Source: Utricularia gibba (Eukaryota > Plantae > Magnoliophyta). From it: a DNA stretch of 64,000 nucleotides. The notes under the pieces were generated by a model, which worked only from the letters and a program-made list of their open reading frames with translations, was not told the DNA's origin and did not search any database. Position 1 is the stretch's first letter; each line of letters opens with the position of its first letter. The DNA lies in contig NEEC01000020.1 of the NCBI GenBank assembly GCA_002189035.1, positions 124,001-188,000 of the forward strand, written 5' to 3'. The translations under genes were made by a program, and so were the position numbers. Shown here piece after piece: positions 12,301 through 24,579 of the stretch.

Positions 12301-15300
12301 TGCCGCAAATAATTGCCCGGATACATTCCAACAACCATGCTGTCAGAGAACTCATTCAATCCCTTTTAGTGCGAATTGGTCAATGTCATCCACAGGTTTG
12401 ATTACTGAAGCAGATTTAAAGATTTCGTGTATTAGATAGCCTTCTGTGGAAAATTACATTTGCCCAGCTTATCATCAGAAAATTATACAAAGCTTCAATC
12501 CGTTTGATATCACATGGCTGACTAATGTTTGGTGGTATGTAGGCTCTTATGTACCCCCTTCTTGTCGCATGCAAATCTATTAGCAACCTAAGGAAACAGG
12601 CAGCTCAAGAAGTGGTTGATAAAGTTAGGCAGCACAGTGGAGTGCTAGTTGATGAGGTGAAAAAAAGTTATTGTGGAAAACTGTTCATGCGTTCTGTACT
12701 GACTGCACGCCTGTCTAAATTTTTTACTTCAACGGTGAAGGCCCAACTTGTGTCCACCGAGTTAATCAGAGTTGCAATACTTTGGCATGAACTGTGGCAT
12801 GAGGGTTTAGAAGAGGCGAGCCGCTTGTATTTTGGAGAGAAAAATATTGAAGGAATGCTGGGGGTCTTGGAGCCATTGCATGAAATGCTTGAGGAGGGGA
12901 TTAGGAGAAACAATACCACCAACAAGGAGAAAGCGTTCATTCAGGTAGTCCATATTTTGGTGCTCAAAATTTCTTGGACGTTTATGATCATCATTTTCTT
13001 GTTTCATGAACTGAATTATTCAGGCATACAGCAAAGAGCTTTCAGAGGCACGTGATTGCTGCAAAAAATTTAGAAAATATGGAAAGGAGGCAGAACTGAC
13101 TCAGGTACCCGTTTCAAGCCTCTGTGTGACTTTGGAGATGCATAATTCAGACCGCGCTTGTAAAACTAATGATTCGAATTTTGGGAAATCATTGAATTCC
13201 ATGGATCAAGTCAATTTGCTTGGTTTTACATTCTCGTGTCTTACGTATATGCAAGTGTATATTGTGTATCATGCGCTGGAGCAGTTTTTTATTTTTACCC
13301 CCTTGCAGGCTTGGGATCTTTATTACCATGTTTTTAGACGGATTGACAAGCAGCTTCAAACTCTCACTACCTTGGAGTTACAGGCAAAAAAATTATTTTA
13401 TTACCAATAATTGTTCCTATCCTGGAAATAACCATGTTATTTTTTTAATAAAAACTAGAATGTGTCCCCTGAACTGTTGGAGTGCCGTGACCTGAAGCTG
13501 GCAGTCCCTGGAACTTATATAGCTGGTAATTTGAGTGTTCTCCACACTGAACTTATATAGCTGACAGTCCCTGGAACTAACAAATTAGTATTCTCTATTT
13601 AAGATGCCCCTGATAATACTGCATGCTGTACAGATTCTCCGGTAGTGACTATTGCTTCATTTGCTCCCCAACTTGTCGTCATCACATCCAAACAGCGGCC
13701 TCGTAAGTTGACTATCTACGGGAGTGATGGAGAAGAACATGCCTTCTTGCTGAAGGGACATGAAGATTTGCGCCAGGATGAGCGTGTGATGCAGGTCTCA
13801 CTAATGACTCCTATACTTTACCCAATAGTCCTTCAGTGTCTAATTGAATCATGATAGTAGGTCGTTTTTCTAAAAACTTCTCTTTTGCCAGCTCTTTTGC
13901 CTGGTAAACACTTTGCTGGCGAATTCTAGAAAAACTGCAGAGAAGGATCTCTCCATCCAAAGATATGCTGTCATCCCTCTATCTCCAAATAGTGGCCTCA
14001 TAGGATGGGTCCCAAATTGTGATACTTTGCACCATCTCATTAAAGAATACCGAGATGCTCGAAAAGTTGGTTAAGCTACCTAGTCCTTTGCGTTTTAGCT
14101 TCCTTATTTCATTGGACATAAGGCTGACTTATTTTCCTACTTTGGGTTTGCAGATCACTCTAAACCTGGAGCACAAGCTAATGCTTAGTTTTGCACCTGA
14201 TTATGAACACTTACCTTTGATAGCAAAGGTTGAAGTATTCGAGTATGCTCTCCAAAATACAGAAGGAAATGACCTCTCAAGGGTGTGTGCTTATTCGACA
14301 TTTTACTGCTTTGTTTTGTTCTGGTGCTTTGACGGCTTCTCGTATGCATGACAGATCCTCTGGTTGAAGAGTCGCACATCTGAAATTTGGTTGGACAGGA
14401 GGACAAACTACACAAGAAGCCTGGCAGTCATGAGTATGGTAAACAGTTTGGCTCGATGAACTTCAAATTCCTTCCACAGAAGGGAGTTCCGTTGATTTGA
14501 TATACATGCCATCTCATATTCTATAATTTTAGTATGGAATGGGTAACAGATGTGGCCTCATTTAGTCACTGCATACAGTCTGACTGCTTTTGGCTGTTTT
14601 TAGAATAGAGTCCCGTTCCGTTGGCTGTATTAACCTACAAGGAGCAATTGTAAATGCTGCCATTGATCTCATTTTTTGGAGAATGATATTATGGGTGCCA
14701 TGCTTTTCAGGTGGGTTACTTGCTTGGCCTAGGTGATAGGCATCCAAGCAACCTAATGCTGCATCGCTATAGGTATGCTGATGAATGAGAAGTGCCATAA
14801 CCGTGAACATTATGATTGAACTTGCTAAATCATGTGCAGTGGAAAGATATTGCATATCGACTTCGGAGATTGCTTTGAAGCTTCGATGAATCGTGAGAAG
14901 TTTCCAGAGAAGGTTGTGATCCTCCATTATTTTTTTCATTTTTCACTTGAACTAGAGTAGTTCTCTTAACGACAAGATGCTTGATGTTTTTAAGGTGCCA
15001 TTTCGGCTCACTCGAATGCTTACCAAAGCCATGGAGGTCAGTGGAATTGAAGGAAACTTCCGTTCAACTTGTGAAAATGTGATGCAGGTCTTGAGATCAA
15101 ACAAAGACAGCGTCATGGCAATGATGGAGGTGCGAAAAACTTGCCAATCCATCATTTTTGGTTGGGAAATCAGTTGACCTGATATCTTTGTTTCTTTTTT
15201 GCTCTGTCCTCTCTACAGGCTTTTGTCCATGATCCCTTAATAAACTGGCGTCTTTTCAATTTTAATGAAGTCCCTCAAGCGACACCAGGTACTCACCCAC

Positions 15301-15852
15301 AACCTGTTGTCAACGAGGAGTATGGTGCTGGGGAAGAAGAAGAGCTCCTTCACCCACAGCGAGGTGTTCGTGAGAAAGAGATCCTTCAGGTACATCACTG
15401 CACACTTCCGCGCATCCCAGACAATAGCTGCTCGCCATTTCTTGCTGTAATCCTGCTTTTGCTGCTTTCTTCAGGCCGTTAACCAATTAGGCGATGCAAA
15501 TGAGGTTCTTAACGATCGAGCAATTGTTGTGATGGCACGCATGAGCAACAAGCTCACAGGCCGAGATTTCTCTACCTCTTCCACCTTGCCCTCTTTATCA
15601 TCGCTGCAACACCCCCCTGACCACAGTAACTTGTTCTCTGGGGATAACCTGGAGCCGGAACATGGACTCTCTGTTAAAACGCAAGTTCAGAAGCTCATTG
15701 GACAAGCCACTTCACATGAAAACTTGTGCCAGAATTATGTCGGGTAATGACTCTGCACGTAGTAGTAATTTTTTTCCTTCCGAAATCTACTGCCTGTCTA
15801 AGACCAACTGAGACTTATCTTTTCTTGTGTCAGGTGGTGCCCTTTCTGGTAG
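384..15852 (+). CDS. TOR: Target of rapamycin (PIKK) serine/threonine kinase, about 55-57 coding exons
   Basis: ATG at 384 (MPLPNPSQ...[13 protein letters not shown]). Spliced exons give HEAT repeats ([40 protein letters not shown]), FAT domain, FRB ([20 protein letters not shown]), kinase ([17 protein letters not shown]; GLGDRHPSN; HIDFGDCFE) and FATC ending [14 protein letters not shown] with TAG at 15850-15852. One apparent -1 G at 4986-4989. Confidence 0.99.
7066..7089 (+). repeat. Poly-T tract (T24) in a TOR intron
   Basis: Uninterrupted T run read directly. Confidence 0.9.
13496..13578 (+). repeat. Rearranged short duplication of a TOR exon end inside the following intron
   Basis: Exon AGCTGGCAGTCCCTGGAACTTATATAGCTG (13496-13525) reappears as GAACTTATATAGCTG+ACAGTCCCTGGAACT (13549-13578). 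Confidence 0.9.
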
Positions 15853-16182
15853 AATCAACCGTTCTGCTCCTCTTTTCATGGTAGATATGTGTCCTATGTA
15901 CATAAAAATGTAAATAGAGTAGTAATTGTCTATAAATCCAAATTCTGAAAGTTTTTGAAGTATTTTTAGATTAAAGCATTATATATCATTCATTATGCCT
16001 TCTGATAAAAAAAAAAAAAAAGCATTCCAGTGATGCAAAGCGAGGGATAGAATTTGCTCAGCTAGGACAGATTTTGAACTTTTTTTAGATTTGAAAGAGA
16101 ATTCTAATGCAGTGGCATTCCAGTAGATGACTGAAATGAGATCACTAGAAAAAAGAAAAACTACGAAATTAGGGGCTTGCTA

Positions 16183-18662
16183 TCAGTCTAAGCGTGCAGA
16201 TTTTGCGATTCTGCTGGAGCGGCGAACCGGAGTCAAGATTTCTTCCTCCCCATTGGCCTGAAAGTATACAGAAGTATGTCACTATTTGATTTAACCATGA
16301 AACATGGGTTGTATAGCATGCTTACACTCTTAATGGGAATTCTCTCGAAAGTTGTGAAGCTCCCATAAGAAGGTGAGCCTTCAGCGATTGCTGATGAAGT
16401 AGTCAACGATTCCCTCTTGAATGCTTGCTTTGCTCTTCTCCTCTCTGAACTCAAAACTTCAGGTTCATGGTTGTAAGCTGCGGTCTTTAGGAAGCTGTTC
16501 ATATCAGAGGGGCATGGTGTTGCAGTAACACAGTTTTCTGATCGTGCTCTCTCACTGTGGGTATGTTTCTTTCTGTAAAACGATACTCTCGTACTTGGAT
16601 AATCTGTTTTAGCGAGTGAGATGGAGCTCCTCTTGTGTTGATATGTCATCAAGGCAACTACTGTTAAGACTGCCAACACAGAGGGAACAACTCCGATGGC
16701 ATTCAACTTGTATGAAGGATTTTCTTTGCTCTGCGTTGTAATCCCATCTCTGCTTGACGAATCACCGGTGAAAGCATGGCTAGTTTGGCCAGACTCTGAT
16801 ACAGTAAGAGATTCAGGATCAAGAGTAGCTATTGTGGTTTCCATCACTTCACTTATGCCAGTATCATGAGAGGCCACTTGTGTCTCTGATACAATCTGCA
16901 GTTCAGGAATCAAGGCAGAATCAGTGGTAACTAAACCATCCTTGTAAACATCGTTTGTTGGGGATCCAGAACCCGGGGTGGCTGTTCTAGTCTCTGATAG
17001 CTCCGATGCTGTATCCTCGGAGGTAACTTGTGTTTCCAACACATTCTGCAGTTCAGGAATCAATGCAGGATCTTCAACTTCCCCAAGTTCTAGCTGCCCA
17101 AATTCATTCTCATAGTTTTCTTCACAAGGATCAAGGGTAACCCCTTCGATCTCATTCATCATCATTTGTTGATCGTACTCTGCAGATATCTCATCCAAGT
17201 AAATTTCTTCATATAATTCCACGTTAAATGCATCCACCGCCTGTATATCCTCTTCGTTACCTCCTGTATGTGGTTCCAGGTTGAAGTCATGGCTAATCTT
17301 AAAATCATGATTCCATATGTCTTCGCGAGGGCTGGACATGTTCATATACTGCAGCTGCACTGTTTTTCCACGCTTCCCCATTTCGCCCGCAAGCTTAGTG
17401 ATGTAAGATATAAAATCACTGGAGTGATATGCAACAGAGTTGACTAACCAGAGGAACTGATTTTTGGCTCCAGCAGCAGCAATCCTTGATTGCTGATAGA
17501 AGAGACCGATATTGGGGAAGCGCGGCTCTTCCTGCGCAATCTCGACCATTGAAGGGTAGGTGGTGGAAACTGATATGTATGCCAGAAACAAACCCAGAAG
17601 CATAGGAAAACACATCAATCTAAATATGGCCCGAGATTTCTTCACATTATTCTTTTTTGGAGTCTCCGTGGATGCTTCACTGTTTGGAGCTGGGGTGAGT
17701 CCCAATGAGTCAGAAATTCCAGGAACATGAAGCTCACCTACAGATTTGTATGTGGGAGCTTCGGCATTTTGTTGTGGATCCTTGCTTATGGTTTCGTCAT
17801 AGGTTCCACAGGTTTCAGCAACCTGATTGTAAACCTCATCCTCCATCTGCTCCACTCCTACTTCACACTGGGCAACTTCTGGGGACTCTTCCTCCGGCGA
17901 TTCATCTTCCTGAGAACTCTCTGTGCTCTTAGAGTCTAAATAACTCTCAGAGGATGTAAGATGATCCTCCATCTGCATTAAAGTATCAGGAACCACCCCC
18001 TTCTCCCTAAAGAGCATTCCAATTCTGGGATTCGGTTTGTAATGAAGGAATCGCGGCCGTGGAGACAAGTAATTTGTTTTTGGATCATACGGAGGCAATG
18101 ATGGATCATCATCGATTGCGGATTTCGCAGGGGAAGCATACGAACAAGAATCTTTGTTCTGCAAACTGCTCCTCTGTTCCAGGATATTGAAATCAGTAAC
18201 TATTGATCCAGCTCCATGAGAATCGGAAGTAACATCTGAAAATGTCACCCTCTTTGACGGCTTGGAAGTAAACGGCAGGGTTTCACAAGCACAAGCAGTC
18301 TTTTTTACTTCCCCTGAAACATCATTATTTGATTCCATATTGACGTTCTGATGATTCCCACTATCAGATTTCTGCTCCAAATCTTGGTGCATCGAAGAGA
18401 AAAACATCGCCTTTCCATCCAACAACAACATGGAGCTCCGAACGGGATCGTTCCTCTCCACCAGCGGTTTCTTCCTTGGCGATGGAGTGAATTTAGAAGC
18501 TGCAGAAATCGTCGGTGACATGAAATTCTTACCGTCCTTCCCAGGTGAATGCAGTCTCGATGCTTTCGTAATCTGCTTTTCTTCATTCTCCTTTTCTTCA
18601 CCTCGGAAAGACTCACCAGTGCTGTCCTCTTTCTCAACAGAACGTCTCCCGAAATCTGCCAA
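16183..18662 (-). CDS. Uncharacterised plant protein (about 803 aa) with two hydrophobic segments; At1g16630/At2g16270-like by recollection
   Basis: Exon 1 18662-16326 (779 codons), GT-AG intron 16325-16258, exon 2 16257-16183 (ANGEEEILTPVRRSSRIAKSARLD*). Motifs NFMSPTISAASK, PPYDPKTNYLSPRPRFLHYKPNPR, GSPSYGSFTTFE, TPVRRSSR. Confidence 0.85.
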
Positions 18663-19005
18663 AAAACCCCCATCAAGCCCCAGGAACCAAAATCTTCACA
18701 ATTGCAGTTACAGTCCAAACGGAAAGCACCACCTACCGCAGGGGCTATTAGCTGGCGTGAGGGGTTCAAATCTTCTCAAACTCTTCACCTCGCCGGATCT
18801 GCGCAAATCCCCACCGGTCGTAACCAAGCTCCTACGCGTGGCTTCCCGTGCTCTAGCTCTGGAAGACATCGGGGAGAGCGATCTTCGGGGATCGGGCGCC
18901 ATCGAAGACTGAGATTGGAATGAAGGATCAATCGGAGAGAAGAGAATCTTGAAGACGATTTGGTGAAGGTCCTAAATTTGGTTGATTTTGAGTTGGGGAG
19001 ACACG

Positions 19006-19130
19006 TAACGGCTAGTGAAATTCAAAATCTTGAATTCCGCCTAAGGCCCAAATATTGAGCCTATCAAATGGGCCCATACGCCTGGTTGGATGGATTATTC
19101 ACGAATGGCCCATGGGCCTTATCGGGCCTA
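19006..19130. promoter_or_regulatory. Promoter elements between the divergent uncharacterised gene and HEMA: AACGG (MSA-like) core plus a cluster of site II (TGGGCY/RGCCCA) motifs
   Basis: TAACGGCTA at 19006-19014; AGGCCCA 19044, TGGGCC 19069, GGCCCA 19107, TGGGCC 19113. Confidence 0.55.
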
Positions 19131-19508
19131 TTTATCATTTTAAAAAAAAATACTGAAGGTTATCTTTAATCAACTTATTTATCCAAACAATGAGAATTAA
19201 GCTTATGGAAATCGATTTTGGCCAATTTGAAAACATTATTGAAAATGAAAACTAATTTTAAATTTCCTTTTTATTAAAAAAAAATATATTTTTTTTCCGA
19301 AATCCGAATCTAAGATAATTGTTTCCATAAATGGTCAAAGTCGTCAATATATCCGACGGCAGTGGGTACACCTCCACACGTTTTTCTTTGTTGTTGACTT
19401 CAAATTCCGCTGTGCGCCTGCGCTTTCAACACTCTCACCCGTTGTGCACATATATATATAAACTCCGTCGTAGAAGCCACACGGCCGGCGAGTCGGACCA
19501 CCACAGCA

Positions 19509-21256
19509 ATGGAGGCGATGGAGATTGGATTCGCGCAGTGTGTTTCGCGTTATAACCGCGATGCGAGATTGGAGATCGCACCGAGGATCGGAATGTGCAG
19601 ACCGTATTCCGTTTGTTTTTCGCGGCAGAGAGGGGGAAGGTTCCTGGATTGAGGTTTCATGTTTTGAAATCGGTCCCTAGATGTGACGTTTCAACTGAAA
19701 GAAAGTCGTCGAGTATTTCCGCCTTGGAGCTTCTCAAGACATCTGCGGCTGATCGTAGTAAGTCTTCAATTCTGGAAACGATGTTCGCTTGGTTTTCTTC
19801 GAGATTGTAGTAGATACTGAAACCAGGTTTTTTGTTTCCCTTCAGGCTATTCGAGGGAAAGCAGTAGTATCGTAGCAATAGGATTGAACTACAGAACAGC
19901 TCCGATCGAGATACGTGAGAAGCTTGCAATCCAAGAATCACAATGCCCAGACGTGATTACAGAACTCTGTGATTTGAATCACATAGAGGAGGCTGCAGTT
20001 CTCAGCACTTGCAACCGGATGGAGATCTATGTTGTGGCTCTCTCACGCCATCGTGGAGTTCAAGAAGTCACTGAATGGATGTCCAAGGTGATCTACCTGT
20101 GTTTACTCTGTTCATGAGCAATTCCTTGAAGCTGTTGCTGATTGTGATGCCATTGTTTGCAGAGGAGCTCAGTCCCAATTTCAGAGCTATGTAAACATAG
20201 ATTCTTGCTTTACAATAAGGACGCCATACAACACCTCTTTGAAGTAGCTTCTGGGCTTGATTCCATGGTCCTGGGCGAAGGCCAGATCCTTGCACAGGTG
20301 AAGCAAGTGGTTAAATCCGGAGAAGGAGTGCCGGGGTTTGGTCGTAAAATGGGGGGCTCTTCAAGCAAGCAATCACAGTGGGAAAGCGTGTGAGAACAGA
20401 AACCAGCATCTCCACCGGATCAGTATCCGTTAGCTCTGCTGCTGTGGAGCTGTCCTTGATGCAACTCCCAGAGGCGGCTCGTCAGGGCGCAAGAGTGCTG
20501 GTCATCGGAGCCGGCAAGATGGGAAAACTGGTGATCAAACACTTGGCTTCCAAGGGCTGCAGAAACCTGGTTGTTGTGAACAGAACAGAGGACAGAGTCG
20601 CATCCCTACGCGAGGAGCTGAAGGATGTCCAAATAGAATACAGGCCTCTCTCTGAAATCCACGCATCTGCTGCAGAAGCTGATGTCATCTTCACTTGCAC
20701 AGCATCAAGCTCTCTCCTCTTCACCGGAGAGCAAGTCCGGGCTCTTCCCTCCTCCCCAAGGCTGTTCATCGACATATCCGTCCCCCGCAACGTGGCACCC
20801 TCCGCATCGGAAACGGAGGGCACCCATCTCTACAACGTCGATGATCTGAAGCAGGTAGTGGCCGCCAACACAGAGGACCGCCTGCAGCAAGCCAAGGAAG
20901 GCGAAGCCATCATAGCCCAAGAAGTAGAGCAGTTCGAAGCTTGGAAACACTCCCAGGAAACTGTCCCAACAATCAAGAAGCTGAGAGCCTACGCAGAAAG
21001 AATCAGAACCTGTGAGCTCGAAAAATGCCTGGCGAAGCTGGGCGGCGACATCCCCGACAAACAGAAGAAGGCCATCCACGATCTCAGCAAAGGAATTGTA
21101 AACAAGCTCCTGGATGGGCCGATGCAGCACCTGCGATGCCATGCAGCCGACTCAGAGTCCCTCGATCAGACACTCCAAAACATGAACGCCCTGAACAGAA
21201 TATTCAGCCTGGACACGGAAGAAACAGTACACAGCAGCAAGAAAGCAGCCTCCTGA
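19509..21256 (+). CDS. HEMA: Glutamyl-tRNA reductase (GluTR), chloroplast, 3 exons, divergent paralog
   Basis: TATA-like TATATATAAA near 19453 and ATG at 19509. Motifs [30 protein letters not shown] (catalytic Cys), [24 protein letters not shown] (NADPH binding), [24 protein letters not shown]. Two apparent -1 G (19632-19636, 20351-20356). Confidence 0.95.
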
Positions 21257-21972
21257 ATCCACATCCAATGCACTGGAGATGGAATCCTTTGGTGTTTTGT
21301 ACTACTACAAGTGATTATGTATACACTTGTAAACGGAAAACAGTCGCGGGGCCCACACCGTAGGGTTGTAGATGTACGGTGTGAAGTGTGACGTCAGCAA
21401 TCATATTTCAATCCACATTAACTACAATATTATTTTTAAGATAAAAAGATCCTTATAGTCAATATATTCAATAACTGTGTACGGATTTTTCCCTATTTTT
21501 TTTATATATTTATTGCCTCTGAAAATTTAATATTAAATAGACCTCGATACTAACATTTGACAAAATTAGGGCAACTAACTCGTTATTCCGCATGCACTCT
21601 TTGTCCCAAAATAGACCCCTTTTTTATTTCTAATATTTTTTTTAATTTTTAATGACATTAAATTAATCAAAATAATTCAAATTGACAATTTTCAATAAAA
21701 TTTTTCTGAGTGTGATTTAATACCCCTCGAATTATAAGTGGTTTGAGATATTAAATTTTTTTTGATTCTATTTTTCGTTTGAAATAGTGCGTGTGGTTTC
21801 ATAGGTTTTTTTAGAAGTCACTTGGGGAAAGTCCCTTGTTGATAATGGTGAAGTACACATGCTAGCCATTAAAGGCCTAAAAAATAAAGGTAAATTTTTT
21901 TTTAAAAACCAGCAATTTGACCTTAATACCCCCACCACCACCTAGTAGTATTTATCTTCTACTACTGTCTTC

Positions 21973-24579
21973 ATGGCAACACTTGGATGCAGCATGGAGT
22001 CCACCAGCACCGCCGCCGCGAACCTGAACTCCGACGAAGAGGAAGACGACGACTCCCCGATCGAAGAAGTGCGTTTGACGGCTCTGAGAACGGATGATCC
22101 GACTTTACCGGTGTGGACCTTCCGGATGTGGTCTCTGGGCCTGATATCCTGTGCAGTGCTTTCCTTCACCAACCAGTTCTTCTCCTACAGAACGGAGCCT
22201 CTGATCCTGACTCAGATCACCGTCGTCGTCGCCACCCTTCCGTTGGGGCATTTCATGGCCGCGACGCTACCGACGACGGCGTTCCGTCTTCCGGGTCTCC
22301 CGCAAAGGAAGTTCAGTCTCAACCCGGGGCCGTTCAACGTGAAGGAGCACGTGCTCATCTCCATATTTGCTAATGCCGGATTCGCGTTCGGGATCGGAAA
22401 TGCTTACGCCGTCGAGATAGTTGACATCATCAAGGTTTATTACAAGAGAGAGATTTCTTTCCTTGTCGGCTGGCTTCTTATCATCACGACTCAGGTAGCA
22501 AGCACTAAAAGCTCGTTATTGAAGTCTCTACTTCTCCACTCTATGCCTAGTTCATCGTCTTTACAGGTGCTGGGATATGGATGGGCCGGACTTTTCAGAA
22601 AATATGTCGTTGAGCCGGGGCATATGTGGTGGCCGGCGGCGCTTGTCCAGGTCTCCGTTTTCCGGTCAGCCCGTTTCTCCTCCATCAAAGATTTCTAAAA
22701 AAATACAATATAATAAATAACCATGTCACTCACGCATCCTCCTTGCAGCGCCATGCACGAGAAAGACGACAAGCGGTTGTCCGGCGCGAAGTTCTTCTTG
22801 ATCGCGTTGATCTGCAGCTTCGCCTGGTACGTCGTTCCGGGGTACCTTTTTCCGACGCTCACAAGCATCTCATGGGTCTGTTGGGCGTTCCCGAAGTCGG
22901 TCACCGCCCACCAACTCGGGTCGGGTCTAAACGGCCTCGGATATGGAGCCCTGACCCTTGATTGGAACGCCGTCTCCGCCTTCCTCGGGAACCCCCTCGT
23001 GACCCCTTTCTTCGCCATCGTAAACATATTCGTAGGGTATTTTCCGGTGGTGTACTTGCTGGTCCCTTTGGCGTATTGGAAGTTCGACTGGTATGGGGCT
23101 CGTAAGTTTCCGATCTTCTCCTCCAATCTGTTCACTTCGCAAGGCCAGGATTACAACGTCTCCGCCATCGTGGATCGGAATTTCGAGCTCAACCTGTCCA
23201 AGTACCAGGAGATGGGAATGGTGAACATGAGCATGTTCTTCGCCTTGGCATATGGTATCAGTTTCGCCGCCGTGGCGGCTACTCTGACCCACGTCGGCTT
23301 CTTCTACGGAAGGTAACGGATCCAAATTACGTTCAGCAGCAGAAGAAGGCATCGCCGCCTCTCTCTTAAGCAAGTTCCTGTGCTGCAGGGAGATGTATGA
23401 AAGATTGCGTGCATCCTACAGCGTAAAACCAGACATTCACACGAAGCTGATGCGCAGCTACAAGGACATCCCTTCATGGTGGTTCTACAGCCTGTCGGGA
23501 GTGGCGTTTGCAGGTTCTCTTCTGCTGAGCATCGTGTACGAAGACCAAGTCCATATGCCCTGGTCGGGGCTCCTCTTCGCCTGCGCCCTCGGGTTCATCT
23601 TCACCCTCCCATCAGCATCATCACCGCAACAACCAACCAGGTAACAGACACGCAAGGTGTTGGAATAAGCGCATAGGCACAGGGATGAGTGTGAGTGAAC
23701 TTGTTATGCAGTGGCCGGGGATGGATGTGGTTATTCTGTACGTCATGGGGCTCGTCTTCCCGGGAAGACCCATCGCCGTCGTCTGCCTGAAAATATATGG
23801 CTACATGAGCATGGCGCAGGCAATCTCCTTCCTCAGCGACTTCAAGCTTGGGCATTACATGAAGATCCCTCCAAGGTCCATGTTCATAGTTCAGGTACAC
23901 ATATGGCCGCCATGTTCCTCTGCGTAAATGGACCAGAAAGGACTGAATTCTCGCCGTTTTACAGTTTGCAGGGACGATTATCGCCGGAACCATTAACATA
24001 GGAGTGGCCTGGTGGCTCCTGACATCAATCAAAAACATCTGCAACATCGATGCACTCGCCCCAGATAGTCCCTGGACGTGCCCCAACGACAAGATCTTCT
24101 TCGACGAGTCGGTCTTGTGGGGTCTACTGGGAACGAAGAGAAACTTCGGAAGCCTGGGAGCTTACGGCTCCATGAACTGGTTCTTCCTCGGAGGCGCCGT
24201 GGCTCCGGCGCTCGTCTGGCTTCTGCACAAGGCCTTCCCTACACACTCATGGATCCCGTTGATAAACTTTCCCGTCCTCCTCGGGTCCACGTCGTATCTG
24301 TTCCCGGCGACGCCGTTGAACTACAACGCCTGGATCATCATCGGCACGATATTCAACTTCTTCGTATTCCGGTACCGGAAACGCTGGTGGCAGCGCTACA
24401 ACTACATACTGTCGGCGGCTCTTGATGCGGGGGTCGCTTTCATGACCCTTCTCTTGTACTTCTCGCTGGGGATGAAGAACAAGGGGATTTCCTGGTGGGG
24501 GACTGCCGGCGACCACTGTGACCTCGCCGCATGCCCCATAGCTAAAGGGATACACGTTGATGGCTGCCCTGTGTATTAA
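21973..24579 (+). CDS. OPT: Oligopeptide transporter, OPT4-like
   Basis: [73 protein letters not shown]-terminal [15 protein letters not shown]. One apparent -1 C at 23608-23610. Confidence 0.96.

Noticed and set aside
12783-12840. TOR FRB reads [12 protein letters not shown] (animal-like Gly) rather than the common plant HEALEE
   Set aside because: A single conservative change. The rapamycin-contact Ser is unchanged, so no functional claim is supportable.
18305-18923. Several 120-160 aa overlapping ORFs (18305-18769, 18430-18912, 18549-18923)
   Set aside because: Alternative-frame or antisense shadows of the 803-aa gene with no recognisable motifs.
20482-24555. Antisense and off-frame ORFs over HEMA and OPT (e.g. 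20705-21142, 22695-23135, 22927-23373, 23601-24092)
   Set aside because: Expected stop-poor shadows of GC-rich coding sequence.
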